From Pumilibacteraceae bacterium (GTDB taxonomy: Bacteria; Bacillota; Clostridia; Christensenellales; Pumilibacteraceae): 64,000 bases of DNA. This document shows, in pieces, positions 26,901 through 35,691 of this stretch. The notes under the pieces were generated by a model. It was not told the DNA's origin. It searched no databases and worked only from the letters and a program-made list of their open reading frames with translations. Location: assembly GCA_045654245.1 (NCBI GenBank), contig JAZOMX010000020.1, positions 50,106 through 114,105 of the forward strand. Reading direction: 5' to 3'. The stretch's first letter is position 1. Every line of letters starts with the position of its first letter. Both the position numbers and the translations under genes were made by a program.

Positions 26901-28211
26901 TTAAATTACCATATCGCCACAACTGTCGCCCACTACCCTTAAAACCTTTACTTGCTCTCCGTCGTAAGCGTCGATATAAACGAAATATTTCATACCGTTC
27001 GCCTCGCCGAAAAGTTCGTAGCATAGCGTTTCATCCTCGCCTACGGGGATAACCGCTAGCGTAACTTTCTCTACACTTAAACTCTCGTCCACAAGCGAGC
27101 GAGCGGTGTCTTCGGCAATCGTGGGTTTGTCCTCGCGATTTTTGTGGCTCATACAATATCCGCTCGCCTCTACACCAAGCAAACTACCGTCCGAGAGCGC
27201 AACCTTAATCTTAACTAAATCAGCGTAATATATCACTCCGTTTACTTGAGGCGTAAGGTTAATACACGCAACACCGTTTTCACTACTCTTCCAAACGGGG
27301 TGCAAGTCCGCATAGCCAAGCGTTTCGGCGTAGTAAGTGGCAAGCCCTACCGCTTTATCAAGGTCAAGCGTTACCGCTTTAACGCTTTTCGTTCTGTTAA
27401 AGCCGATAACTAATCCGCCCTTTTGCGTAATGGACACAAGCGCATCTTCGCCGTCGATTTTGCCCTCAATTTCATAAATTGCCGTTTTACCGTTAGTCAA
27501 TCCTAGGTTTACCGCCTCTTCTAGCCCTAGTTTTTCGATAGCAATTTGCGTTGCCTCTTCGCTAGAAATTTCATCAAGACCGTCAAGCGCGTGGAAACAA
27601 TACTTCTTCGCATCGGAGAACGCTCCGTCGTAAATCAGTTCAGGATATTCAATCGTCGTATGCTCTTTGCTAGATAAACCGAACTTAATGCCGTCGCCGA
27701 AAAGTTTGTTCTCGCCTATGCGAGAAGTTATTTTTCCGCCGTTAGACAATACTTCGCTTAAATCCTCTACCATAATTTTCGTTACGGAATGCAAATCTTT
27801 CGCTTGTCTTTTAAACTCCGTTATATCACGCTTGCTCGCCACCGCTCCGCTATAAACGGTTGCCCAGTCGGAAATCTGATTGAAAAACTTACTTGCGTCC
27901 GTAGTTTCGTTTATCGCAAGTGGCAAAACGCCAAGCGAATTTTCGGCAAGTTCGGACTGACAACGAATATCGGACAAGAGTACCGCCGTTTCGTAATCGC
28001 CGTTCATTATCATAATTTTAGATAGGTTTACTTCTAGATTTCTCACGCTATCGCTCAAGTCGTAAAGCGCGCGCTGATAAACTTCTTCAACCGCCGTGTT
28101 TTGTCGATTTCTTTCTTCGTTTATAATCGCCGTTCCTACGATTAATAGTGCGCTAAGCACCGCCAGAAGGCATATAACGGACGACAAAATTATCTTCTTC
28201 GTTTTAGACAT
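26901..28211 (-). CDS. ypeB: Germination protein YpeB (PepSY domains)
   Basis: 436 aa with an N-terminal TM. The YQRALYDLSDSVRNLEVNLSK block resembles B. subtilis YpeB. Immediately downstream of sleB. Confidence 0.85.
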   Translation of the reverse strand: MSKTKKIILSSVICLLAVLSALLIVGTAIINEERNRQNTAVEEVYQRALYDLSDSVRNLEVNLSKIMIMNGDYETAVLLSDIRCQSELAENSLGVLPLAINETTDASKFFNQISDWATVYSGAVASKRDITEFKRQAKDLHSVTKIMVEDLSEVLSNGGKITSRIGENKLFGDGIKFGLSSKEHTTIEYPELIYDGAFSDAKKYCFHALDGLDEISSEEATQIAIEKLGLEEAVNLGLTNGKTAIYEIEGKIDGEDALVSITQKGGLVIGFNRTKSVKAVTLDLDKAVGLATYYAETLGYADLHPVWKSSENGVACINLTPQVNGVIYYADLVKIKVALSDGSLLGVEASGYCMSHKNREDKPTIAEDTARSLVDESLSVEKVTLAVIPVGEDETLCYELFGEANGMKYFVYIDAYDGEQVKVLRVVGDSCGDMVI

Positions 28212-28213
28212 TA

Positions 28214-28903
28214 TTACCCCCTTGCAAACGCGTGACGACCGATTTTAATTTCCACGGTAAGCGACCATATCCACTTACTCGTAGCAGTTGCGGGATTATA
28301 GTAATACAAGCACCCGTTAGTGGGGTCCCAGCCGTTTAGGGCGTCTCTCGCCGCTTTGTAAGCGTTCTCGTTAGGCGTAAGATTGATTTGGCCGTCGCTA
28401 ACGGCTGTAAACGCTCCCTTTTGATAGATTACGCCCGAAATCGTGTTAGGAAATTTAGACGAGCGAACTCTGTTTAGCACTACCGCCGCTACCGCAACCT
28501 GCCCCGTATAAGGCTCTCCTCTAGCCTCCGAGTAAACGCACCGAGCCAAAAGATTGAGGTCGGACGAGCCTACCGACGAGGAGGACGAAGAAAGGGTAAT
28601 TCCAAGCGCACGCTCGGTATTCTTTCCTACTATTCCGTCCACGACGAGCCCGTTATCACGCTGGAACTTTCTTACCGCAGTTTTCGTTCTACTTCCCCAA
28701 ATTCCATCAACCTTGTAAGTGTAATATCCAAGGTTTGACAAGCGATTTTGAACTAGCCTAATATTAGCCGTAGTGTCCCCCTTAACTATGTTAAGAGCGT
28801 CGGCGTAATCACTTTTTGGCAAAAATATAATTGCCGAAACGGCAGTCAAAAAGCAAAGCAAAATCGCTGTAATTTTGACAAATCTCTTCCTTTTCGTTAT
28901 CAT
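28214..28903 (-). CDS. sleB: Spore cortex-lytic enzyme SleB
   Basis: PG-binding domain (LGYYTYKVDGIWGSRTKTAVRKFQ) plus Hydrolase_2 (ARCVYSEARGEPYTGQVAVAAVVLNR). Start set at ATG 28903, with GGAGG upstream. Confidence 0.9.
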   Translation of the reverse strand: MITKRKRFVKITAILLCFLTAVSAIIFLPKSDYADALNIVKGDTTANIRLVQNRLSNLGYYTYKVDGIWGSRTKTAVRKFQRDNGLVVDGIVGKNTERALGITLSSSSSSVGSSDLNLLARCVYSEARGEPYTGQVAVAAVVLNRVRSSKFPNTISGVIYQKGAFTAVSDGQINLTPNENAYKAARDALNGWDPTNGCLYYYNPATATSKWIWSLTVEIKIGRHAFARG

Positions 28904-28913
28904 TATTCCTCCG

Positions 28914-29441
28914 CTAACTAATAAATTTTTTCCAAAGTTCAGCAATCAGCGATTTGTACTTAACCCCTTTCCCGTTTTCTTTGCCCACAAAACACAACGG
29001 CGGATAGATTACGCACCACCAGTTGTCGCCCTCGCCTTCGCCCAACGAAACGATAAGCGCGTCGTAGTATCCACTCTCAATCACGATATCTTGATACGCT
29101 CTCGTGGGAAAATGCTCGCAAGAAAGTTTAGCGCTTGACGAATACGAAAAACCGTTGTTTTCAAGCGTTTCGTCGGCGATTTCCCGTATCTTATCTAGGT
29201 TTTCTTTGATAACGCCGTACGCATTTTCAAAATCGCTAATTCCGTCAAGTTCGGTTGAAAGATAATCGGTTATTCCCTCTTTAACTTTCATTTTTACTTG
29301 CTGGTCCTCGCTTTGGTTACTGTTAGCCCGAATATGTATGCGAATTAGCGCATACTCGGGCGTAGTCGTAGTTTGTCCGTTGCATCCGCAAATTATTAAC
29401 AAAATTACGCTGACTAGCAAAAAAGATATGATTTTCCTCAT
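28914..29441 (-). CDS. spoIIR: Stage II sporulation protein R
   Basis: 175 aa with a signal peptide. LIRIHIRANSNQSEDQQVK and DNWWCVIYPPLCF motifs. Confidence 0.9.
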   Translation of the reverse strand: MRKIISFLLVSVILLIICGCNGQTTTTPEYALIRIHIRANSNQSEDQQVKMKVKEGITDYLSTELDGISDFENAYGVIKENLDKIREIADETLENNGFSYSSSAKLSCEHFPTRAYQDIVIESGYYDALIVSLGEGEGDNWWCVIYPPLCFVGKENGKGVKYKSLIAELWKKFIS

Positions 29442-29476
29442 AAAAAAATCTCCTCGATAATAAAATCAAGGAGATT
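29442..29476 (-). terminator. Hairpin plus U-run after ispE that also contains the spoIIR Shine-Dalgarno
   Basis: aatctcct (29476-29469 on the minus strand) pairs with aggagatt (29454-29447), followed by U5 and then the spoIIR AUG at 29441. Confidence 0.6.
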
Positions 29477-29496
29477 ATTGACGACTTTTCCGTCTT

Positions 29497-30351
29497 TTAT
29501 ACTATTTCGTATCCTTCTTTTTGAGCGTAAACTATTTGAGCGAATATTCCACGCGAAAGTAAAACCTCTTTCGCTTTTTCCATTTCTTCGATTTCGCCAA
29601 GCCCGATTACGCACGCTCCGCTACCCGTCATTACGGAAGATAGACCGCTATCGCAAATTACTCGTAATATTTCGTCTATACACGGATTAAGTTTAATTGC
29701 GCTACTTTGCAAGGCGTTTCCAAGGTGTTCTCTCACCTTTACAATTTCTCCACGCTCTAGAGCAAGCGTAAGAGCGTTATTATCACTTAAAACGCCCCGA
29801 GGCGAGTCCTTATCGAAAAGAGCAAAACACTCTTTCGTACTAACCTCGCCCTTGTATGCTAATAGAATAGGAAATTCGCTTGCCAACTTGCGCCACTCGA
29901 TTTTCTCCCCTCTACCTCGCACGAGAGCAACTCCACCCGTTACCATAAATGGAATATCGCTACCAAACTTCGCTCCGATTTCTTCAAGACGCTTCCTTGG
30001 AAGAGAAAGCGAAAACAACTCGTCAATCGCTCTAATTACGCCCGCACCGTCAGCACTAGAACCGCCAACGCCACCGCCCGACGGAATATTTTGCTCGATA
30101 TAAATATCCACGCCCGAAAGCGAAAACTCTTCTATCATATAGGACGCAATTTTTTGAGCGTTACTGTTTTCTATCCGCTCTTTTGAAAAACGAACGAACG
30201 CTTTTTTGTCGTTGTTTTTAGTAGCGGTAATTTCGTTACATAGCGAAACGGAAACCATCACGCTCTCAAGTTCGTGATAACTCCCGTTTACTCCCGTAAT
30301 ATTTAGCGATAAATTAACTTTCGCTTTCGCTTTTACCGTTACCTTTTCCAT
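29497..30351 (-). CDS. ispE: 4-diphosphocytidyl-2-C-methyl-D-erythritol kinase
   Basis: 284 aa. KAKVNLSLNITG and the GHMP motif PSGGGVGGSSADGA. Confidence 0.92.
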   Translation of the reverse strand: MEKVTVKAKAKVNLSLNITGVNGSYHELESVMVSVSLCNEITATKNNDKKAFVRFSKERIENSNAQKIASYMIEEFSLSGVDIYIEQNIPSGGGVGGSSADGAGVIRAIDELFSLSLPRKRLEEIGAKFGSDIPFMVTGGVALVRGRGEKIEWRKLASEFPILLAYKGEVSTKECFALFDKDSPRGVLSDNNALTLALERGEIVKVREHLGNALQSSAIKLNPCIDEILRVICDSGLSSVMTGSGACVIGLGEIEEMEKAKEVLLSRGIFAQIVYAQKEGYEIV

Positions 30352-30382
30352 AACGGTATTGTACTATAAATTCCGTGCCGTG

Positions 30383-31909
30383 TCAACAGTTACACCGATA
30401 AATAATTATCCGCTCTCCTTCTATAAGTTCGTCTGAAAGCGACGGGTTTTGTTTTATAATCTCGTCAGTCGTACAACCCAAAATCTTACTAACCGACCAA
30501 AGCGTTTCGCCTTTTTTTACGATATGTACCGTAAAAGCACAACTGTTTTTCTGCTTTTCCTCGCCCTCTCTAGCCTCCGTAATAACGGCGCTAGTTACCG
30601 TTCTTTTTGCGATTACGGTCAAATAAACCGAATACCGTATATCGATTTCATTACCACGGCGCACCTTTGCCGAAACCGAACTTACCACAACGCTAGCATC
30701 CAAAATATCCCCTTCGCTAATCAAATCGTTGCTCTCTTTAATAGAGAACGGCAGTTCAACGGTAACCGAATTTTCGCTTTCCGCCTCTGCGCTGTAATAT
30801 ACGATATTGCCCGAAATTACGCCCTCGACAAGCGTTTCTCCGTCAAGCGCAACGGCACTTACGACCTGCGCTTTAACGGCGTCGTAAGCCAAAATATTGT
30901 CCGCTGGCGACGCTCCGCCGTCAAGCGTTATCGTGCCGTCAACTCGCTCCGTAGCAATCGTTACAGGCAATAAACGAGTAATTTCTTCGCTCTCGGCAGA
31001 AATTAAAATTTCACGCTCGGGACTGAAAATATCGCTAGCAACGGCTACCGTTTTTTCTCTAAAATCGAATATCGAAACTCTTACGGTATAAACAAACGAA
31101 CTCCTATCTTCGTCGCTTTTTCGACCTTCAACGCACGCAAAAGCATAGATTTTATCGCCGTTTTCACAGCCAACCGCCTCTATTTCTCGCACGAACGGCG
31201 TTTCTATTCTAGCATAAGAAAGTAGGCCTTCTTCTTTTTCAAAGCAAATATCACTAATAACGACGCCCGAAACCTTAACTACTCCGGGAAGAGCAACGCT
31301 ATCGGTAACCACTACTCTATGCTCGTCGGTTAGCACTTCGCCACCGAAAAAGTTTTCCTCTGCGCTTTCTAGCGTAAAAATATCGAAAGAGGATGCACCC
31401 TCGTTTTCGCACTTAATCTCGCCTTGATTAAAATACGCGCCGTCGCCACCTAGCAAGCACTTAATCTGCTTACTCACGGGAAGATACAGCGTACTTTCTA
31501 CTACCGCTGAAAGTTTAATCTCCTCGCTCGATACCGCCGTAACCTCTACTACGGGCGTAGAATTAGTCAAAACGGGCGCACTATCGCTATAAATATACGG
31601 CGAAGAGACTTTATCCGTAAACTGAACGGAATACCTCATAACCCTATTTTTCCCGTCAGCGCTTAAATATAGCACGCAAAACTCAACCTCGCCCGCTATC
31701 CTTGCCTCGCCCGTAAAGATTTCGCTAATTTTCACCTTTGGGGAGGCGGAAATAGATAGCACCTTTACGATATTATCCCCCGTAGCGGGCAAAAGCCGAG
31801 CGTCAATATTAGTTTGAGTTTTGCCCACCACCTCCAAACTGCTCACTTGTATCTGGTCGTACACGGGTTGAAAATCCACCTTATTTGCCTCCTTAATTCG
31901 TTTAATCAC
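30383..31909 (-). CDS. DUF3794 repeat protein with C-terminal LysM domain (SipL/SpoVID-like spore morphogenetic protein)
   Basis: 508 aa. C-terminal LysM HIVKKGETLWSVSKILGCTTDEIIKQNP. The architecture matches clostridial SipL, and it lies in the veg-ispE neighbourhood. Confidence 0.65.
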   Translation of the reverse strand: MIKRIKEANKVDFQPVYDQIQVSSLEVVGKTQTNIDARLLPATGDNIVKVLSISASPKVKISEIFTGEARIAGEVEFCVLYLSADGKNRVMRYSVQFTDKVSSPYIYSDSAPVLTNSTPVVEVTAVSSEEIKLSAVVESTLYLPVSKQIKCLLGGDGAYFNQGEIKCENEGASSFDIFTLESAEENFFGGEVLTDEHRVVVTDSVALPGVVKVSGVVISDICFEKEEGLLSYARIETPFVREIEAVGCENGDKIYAFACVEGRKSDEDRSSFVYTVRVSIFDFREKTVAVASDIFSPEREILISAESEEITRLLPVTIATERVDGTITLDGGASPADNILAYDAVKAQVVSAVALDGETLVEGVISGNIVYYSAEAESENSVTVELPFSIKESNDLISEGDILDASVVVSSVSAKVRRGNEIDIRYSVYLTVIAKRTVTSAVITEAREGEEKQKNSCAFTVHIVKKGETLWSVSKILGCTTDEIIKQNPSLSDELIEGERIIIYRCNC

Positions 31910-31941
31910 TATATTCTATTGCAAGCAAACAAAGTTTATGA

Positions 31942-31977
31942 CAAAAAAAAATAACGACTTTTTTCAAGCCGTTATTT
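31942..31977 (-). terminator. Rho-independent terminator after veg
   Basis: aataacg/cgttatt stem (31950-31976), followed by a T8-9 run on the minus strand. Confidence 0.75.
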
Positions 31978-31978
31978 T

Positions 31979-32218
31979 CTATATCGTTTTCAATTTCACG
32001 TCGCCAGTCAGCAAATCGCTGTACGACGCGGTTAGTGAGGATATAACCTTATCCCCATAAATTTTTAGGGTAATCAACGACGGAAAAACTCCCGAAATTT
32101 CGCCCTCGTAACGAACTATGCGTTTCCTACCCTTATTAACGCTTACTCGAAGTCTTTTTCCAACGAGCGCGCTAACACCGTTTTTTATTCTTTCTATTCC
32201 GATTTCGCCCTTTCGCAT
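31979..32218 (-). CDS. veg: Veg protein (biofilm/sporulation-associated small DNA-binding protein)
   Basis: 79 aa. Pattern LVGKRLRVSVNKGRKRIVRYEGEISGVFPSLITL....ASYSDLLTGDV parallels B. subtilis Veg. Confidence 0.85.
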   Translation of the reverse strand: MRKGEIGIERIKNGVSALVGKRLRVSVNKGRKRIVRYEGEISGVFPSLITLKIYGDKVISSLTASYSDLLTGDVKLKTI

Positions 32219-32247
32219 ACTAAAAGGGTTGCCAAGCGGTAACGCTT

Positions 32248-32535
32248 TTATTCCTTATTTAATATAAGTGGTAAAACTTTTTTGTACCCCTCGCCGTTTT
32301 TTACGCATTTTGAAACGCGTGAAAGCGTCGTTGACGAAATATCCGTAGCCGAAATTACCTGTTCGTAGGTTTTACCTTCCATAAGTAATTTCGCCGCCTC
32401 CAAGCGTTGCGAAAACGCCGTAATCTCACCCGAAGAACAAAGGTCGGTCATAAACTCTTTGACCTGATTTGCGTCTTTTAGCGAGGCTATTATCTCAAAT
32501 AATTCGTCGCTCGATTGTTGTCTTTTATTGTTCAT
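32248..32535 (-). CDS. TrpR-like YerC/YecD family protein
   Basis: 95 aa. FMTDLCSSGEITAFSQRLEAAKLL..GKTYEQV...DISSTTLSRVSKCV signature. Confidence 0.85.
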   Translation of the reverse strand: MNNKRQQSSDELFEIIASLKDANQVKEFMTDLCSSGEITAFSQRLEAAKLLMEGKTYEQVISATDISSTTLSRVSKCVKNGEGYKKVLPLILNKE

Positions 32536-33385
32536 TAGCGTTATCCTTTCCTGCGAGGAAATGTTTTAGTTTCTCACTCTTTGGAGCGGAGAAAACTTGG
32601 TCGGGCGTTCCCTCTTCTTCAACCACGCCGTCCGCCATAAAGATAATCTTATCGGACACGGAGCGAGCAAAATCCATTTCGTGCGTTACGATAATCATAG
32701 TGCAATCCTGTCCTTTAAGCGAACGGATTACTCGTAAAACTTCGCCCGTAAGTTCTGGGTCTAACGCCGAAGTGGGCTCGTCAAAACAAAGCACGTCCGG
32801 TTTTAGCGCAAGCGCTCTAGCAATCGCCGCACGCTGACATTGTCCACCCGAAAGTTCGTGTGGGTACGAATTTTCTTTATCGGTAAGACCAACTCTTGCG
32901 ATAAGGTCGTGAGCGTCTTGCTCGATTTTAGCCAGTTTTTCCTTTTCGAACTCTTTAACGAGTTTCTTTATAGCAATCTTCTCGCCCGTTTGCTTTTTCT
33001 GGGCTTTAAGTTGCTTTTTATACGCTTTAACTTCTTCTTCAATTAGTAGCGACGGCGCAAGCGTAACGTTACGAAGTACCGTGTACTGCGGGAAAAGGTT
33101 AAACGACTGGAAAACTAAACCAAGGTTAAGACGGCGTTTTCTTATCTCGCTATCCGAAAGTTTTTCGGTAGAACTACTGTCGAAAAGCACTTCGCCCTCT
33201 TGTCTCATAATGCCCTCGGTGGGCGTTTCAAGAAAGTTAATGCAACGAAGTAGCGTAGTCTTTCCCGAGCCGGACGAACCGATAATCGAAAGAACCTCGC
33301 CCTTGTTAAGCGTAAAACTAATACCTTTTAGAACCTCGTTATCGCCAAAACTCTTTTTAATATTTTCGCATTGATAAAAGACCAT
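32525..33385 (-). CDS. Amino-acid ABC transporter ATP-binding protein with a Lys-rich insertion
   Basis: 286 aa. Walker A GSSGSGKTT, signature LSGGQCQR and Walker B LCFDEPTSALD. About 35-40 extra residues lie between the Q-loop and the signature motif. Confidence 0.9.
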   Translation of the reverse strand: MVFYQCENIKKSFGDNEVLKGISFTLNKGEVLSIIGSSGSGKTTLLRCINFLETPTEGIMRQEGEVLFDSSSTEKLSDSEIRKRRLNLGLVFQSFNLFPQYTVLRNVTLAPSLLIEEEVKAYKKQLKAQKKQTGEKIAIKKLVKEFEKEKLAKIEQDAHDLIARVGLTDKENSYPHELSGGQCQRAAIARALALKPDVLCFDEPTSALDPELTGEVLRVIRSLKGQDCTMIIVTHEMDFARSVSDKIIFMADGVVEEEGTPDQVFSAPKSEKLKHFLAGKDNANEQ

Positions 33386-33389
33386 AATA

Positions 33390-34085
33390 TCACCTAAAAT
33401 ACCCTAGTTTCTTTTCTATCTTACCAAAAAGAATAGTAAGCAAGCCTACGAAAATGAGGTAGAACGCGCCCGTATAGAACAACGGCCAAATAATTGCTCT
33501 GCTCGCAAATAGGTCGGCAACCTTAATAATTTCGATTACGCCGATAACACGCGCAAGGGCGGTATCTTTTACGAGAGTTATAATTTCGTTGCTCATAGGC
33601 GGAATTATGCGCTTAATTACTTGCATAAAGACTACTTTGCTAAAGATTTGTCTTTGCGTCATACCCAAAACTTGACCTGCCTCATATTGTCCTTTCGCAA
33701 TCGACTGAATACCGCCACGGAAAATTTCCGAGAAATAGCAAGCGTAGTTAAGCGAGAAAGCAATAAGGGTAGCCAAAAACGCTCCGCCATTGTCGATACC
33801 GAACTTGAAGTAGAGCGTGTTATCTATCTGTCCGAAAACGTTGGTGTTGCTTTTAGAAAGCATACCGGGAAGATAGTAAACTATAAAGAGTTGTAGCATC
33901 AAAGGTATTCCGCGAACAACCCAAACTATAACCTTGAATACCGCTTGCACGGGCTTAATCTTACTCATAGTGCAGAAAGATATAATAAGACCTAACGGCA
34001 ACGAGAAAACGAGCGTTAATGCAAACAATAAACAAGTTATCCCAAAGCCTTCGAGAAGGCTTTGGGTAACTGACCAAAAACTCAT
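33390..34085 (-). CDS. Amino-acid ABC transporter permease (HisM/GlnP type)
   Basis: 231 aa, multi-TM. EAA-like region EAGQVLGMTQRQIFSKVVFMQ. Confidence 0.88.
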   Translation of the reverse strand: MSFWSVTQSLLEGFGITCLLFALTLVFSLPLGLIISFCTMSKIKPVQAVFKVIVWVVRGIPLMLQLFIVYYLPGMLSKSNTNVFGQIDNTLYFKFGIDNGGAFLATLIAFSLNYACYFSEIFRGGIQSIAKGQYEAGQVLGMTQRQIFSKVVFMQVIKRIIPPMSNEIITLVKDTALARVIGVIEIIKVADLFASRAIIWPLFYTGAFYLIFVGLLTILFGKIEKKLGYFR

Positions 34086-34104
34086 ATTTTATTTTCCTTA
34101 ATTA

Positions 34105-34920
34105 TTATGCGCCGAAGTTAGTGATTACTTGGTTCTCTAGACCGTATTTTTTAGCAAGTTCAGTAAGATATCCCGTCTTTGCATAAGCCTCGAGAATTGC
34201 GTTTACCTTTGCGGTAAGTTCGCTACCTTTCTTAAATCCGATTGCGTAATACTCGCCCTCGATTTCAATACCGGTGTTTAGAGCAAGCGCCGTAAAGTCG
34301 CCCTGTCCTACTACGGACTGCGCCAAAAGAATATCTACTACCGCGTAATCAGCAGTACCCGAAAGAACTTCTCTTACTGCGTCCATTTGGCTCGTTACAC
34401 CCTTTTTATTTACGTTTACGGTAATGTTGTCGCCGATAAAGGTTTCGCCAGCAGAACCTGCCTCGTAAGCAACGGACTTTCCTGCGAACTGGTCGTAAGA
34501 AGTAATATCACTAGCGGTTGCTTTTCTAATAATGCATTGAGCGTTAGCCATATAGTAGTGCGAGAAATCTACGTATTCACTTCTGTCTTTACCATTATCT
34601 TGAGAGTTAGCGGTAAAGCCGTTCCAAATACAATCAATCGTTCCGCCGTCAACTTCGCTGTACTTGTTAGACCACTCGATAAGTTTAAATCTTACGTCGT
34701 AACCAAGCGCGCCGAATACCATAATAGCAAGTTCGGTGTCAAAGCCAACCAAAACGTCGTTCTTGTCCTTGTAGTTCATAGGTTCGTAAAGCGTATATCC
34801 TACGGTAACGGTTCCCTTCTTTACGTCAACTACTTTATCGTCTTTACCACAGCCAACTACTGCAAACGCGCAAGTAATTGCAAGTACTAAAGCAACGATA
34901 GTCATCAAAATCTTTTTCAT
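34105..34920 (-). CDS. Amino-acid ABC transporter substrate-binding lipoprotein
   Basis: 271 aa. Lipobox AVVGC. Family 3 SBP pattern (GFDTELA, IWNGFT). Confidence 0.85.
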   Translation of the reverse strand: MKKILMTIVALVLAITCAFAVVGCGKDDKVVDVKKGTVTVGYTLYEPMNYKDKNDVLVGFDTELAIMVFGALGYDVRFKLIEWSNKYSEVDGGTIDCIWNGFTANSQDNGKDRSEYVDFSHYYMANAQCIIRKATASDITSYDQFAGKSVAYEAGSAGETFIGDNITVNVNKKGVTSQMDAVREVLSGTADYAVVDILLAQSVVGQGDFTALALNTGIEIEGEYYAIGFKKGSELTAKVNAILEAYAKTGYLTELAKKYGLENQVITNFGA

Positions 34921-35027
34921 TGTTTTATATCTCCTTCTTTATTTAAGTGCAGTAACATTATACTTTATTTAACTAAAGTAGTAAAGCGTTTTGAGCGTGT
35001 TTTTTAAATATTTTTTCTTTTTTTGCA

Positions 35028-35068
35028 AAAAAAGAGTTGCTTTTTTACAAGCAACTCTTTTCTCTTTC
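35028..35068 (-). terminator. Rho-independent terminator after the zinc-ribbon/acidic-tail gene
   Basis: aaagagttgc/gcaactcttt stem (35031-35059), with T-runs on both sides. Confidence 0.75.
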
Positions 35069-35097
35069 ATTTTTACGCCGTAAGACGAACTAATTGA

Positions 35098-35580
35098 TTA
35101 GAGGTCGTCGTCCTCGTCTTCTTCCTCTTCGTCGTCCTCGTCGTCGAAGTCGTCGGGATTAACCTCGTCGAAATCGTCGTCGGGATTGTTGTCGTCGTAC
35201 ATTTCGTCATCTTCCTCTTCTTCCTCTTCGTCTTGAAGTTCGGAAAGCGAAATCTGTTTCATTTCCTCGTCGTCCTCTTCGGCAGGCTCTTCGTCGTATT
35301 GTTTCATCCAACTATCGTCGTTCTCGTCAATCGTTTCCTTATTTTCGCGTTCTCTTCTACGACAAGCCGAACACATATCCTCGTCCTCACGGATATAGTT
35401 GATTTTACAAACGGGACAAAGTTTCTCGTTGGCAAATTCATCATCCTCGGGAAGAAGGAAATCGCGCGCTACGAGACCTAATTCAGCCTTACAAACGAGA
35501 CAGTAATCTTCTGATTCCTCAATAAAATTAAGTTCGCATCTAGGACACATTTTGTATTTGGGTTTATTGTTCTCACTCAT
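35098..35580 (-). CDS. Hypothetical protein: two CxxC...CxxC zinc-ribbon modules plus an ~80-aa polyacidic tail
   Basis: 160 aa. CPRCELNFIEESEDYCLVC and CPVCKINYIREDEDMCSAC, followed by a D/E-rich tail. GGAGAG RBS. Confidence 0.7.
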   Translation of the reverse strand: MSENNKPKYKMCPRCELNFIEESEDYCLVCKAELGLVARDFLLPEDDEFANEKLCPVCKINYIREDEDMCSACRRRERENKETIDENDDSWMKQYDEEPAEEDDEEMKQISLSELQDEEEEEEDDEMYDDNNPDDDFDEVNPDDFDDEDDEEEEDEDDDL

Positions 35581-35691
35581 AATTTCTCTCCGTTGTTAAT
35601 TAGCGTCAAAAAACGCTCTCGCTGATTACTGCAATATTATATGCAATCAACGATAATTTGTAAACTGTTTTTAAGGGTATTTTTAAGTTTT

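Noticed and set aside
35098-35340. GA/TC-rich low-complexity DNA as a possible simple-sequence repeat element
   Set aside because: It is the coding sequence of the D/E tail (GAA/GAC/GAG/GAT codons), in frame with the zinc-ribbon ORF. It is not a non-coding microsatellite.
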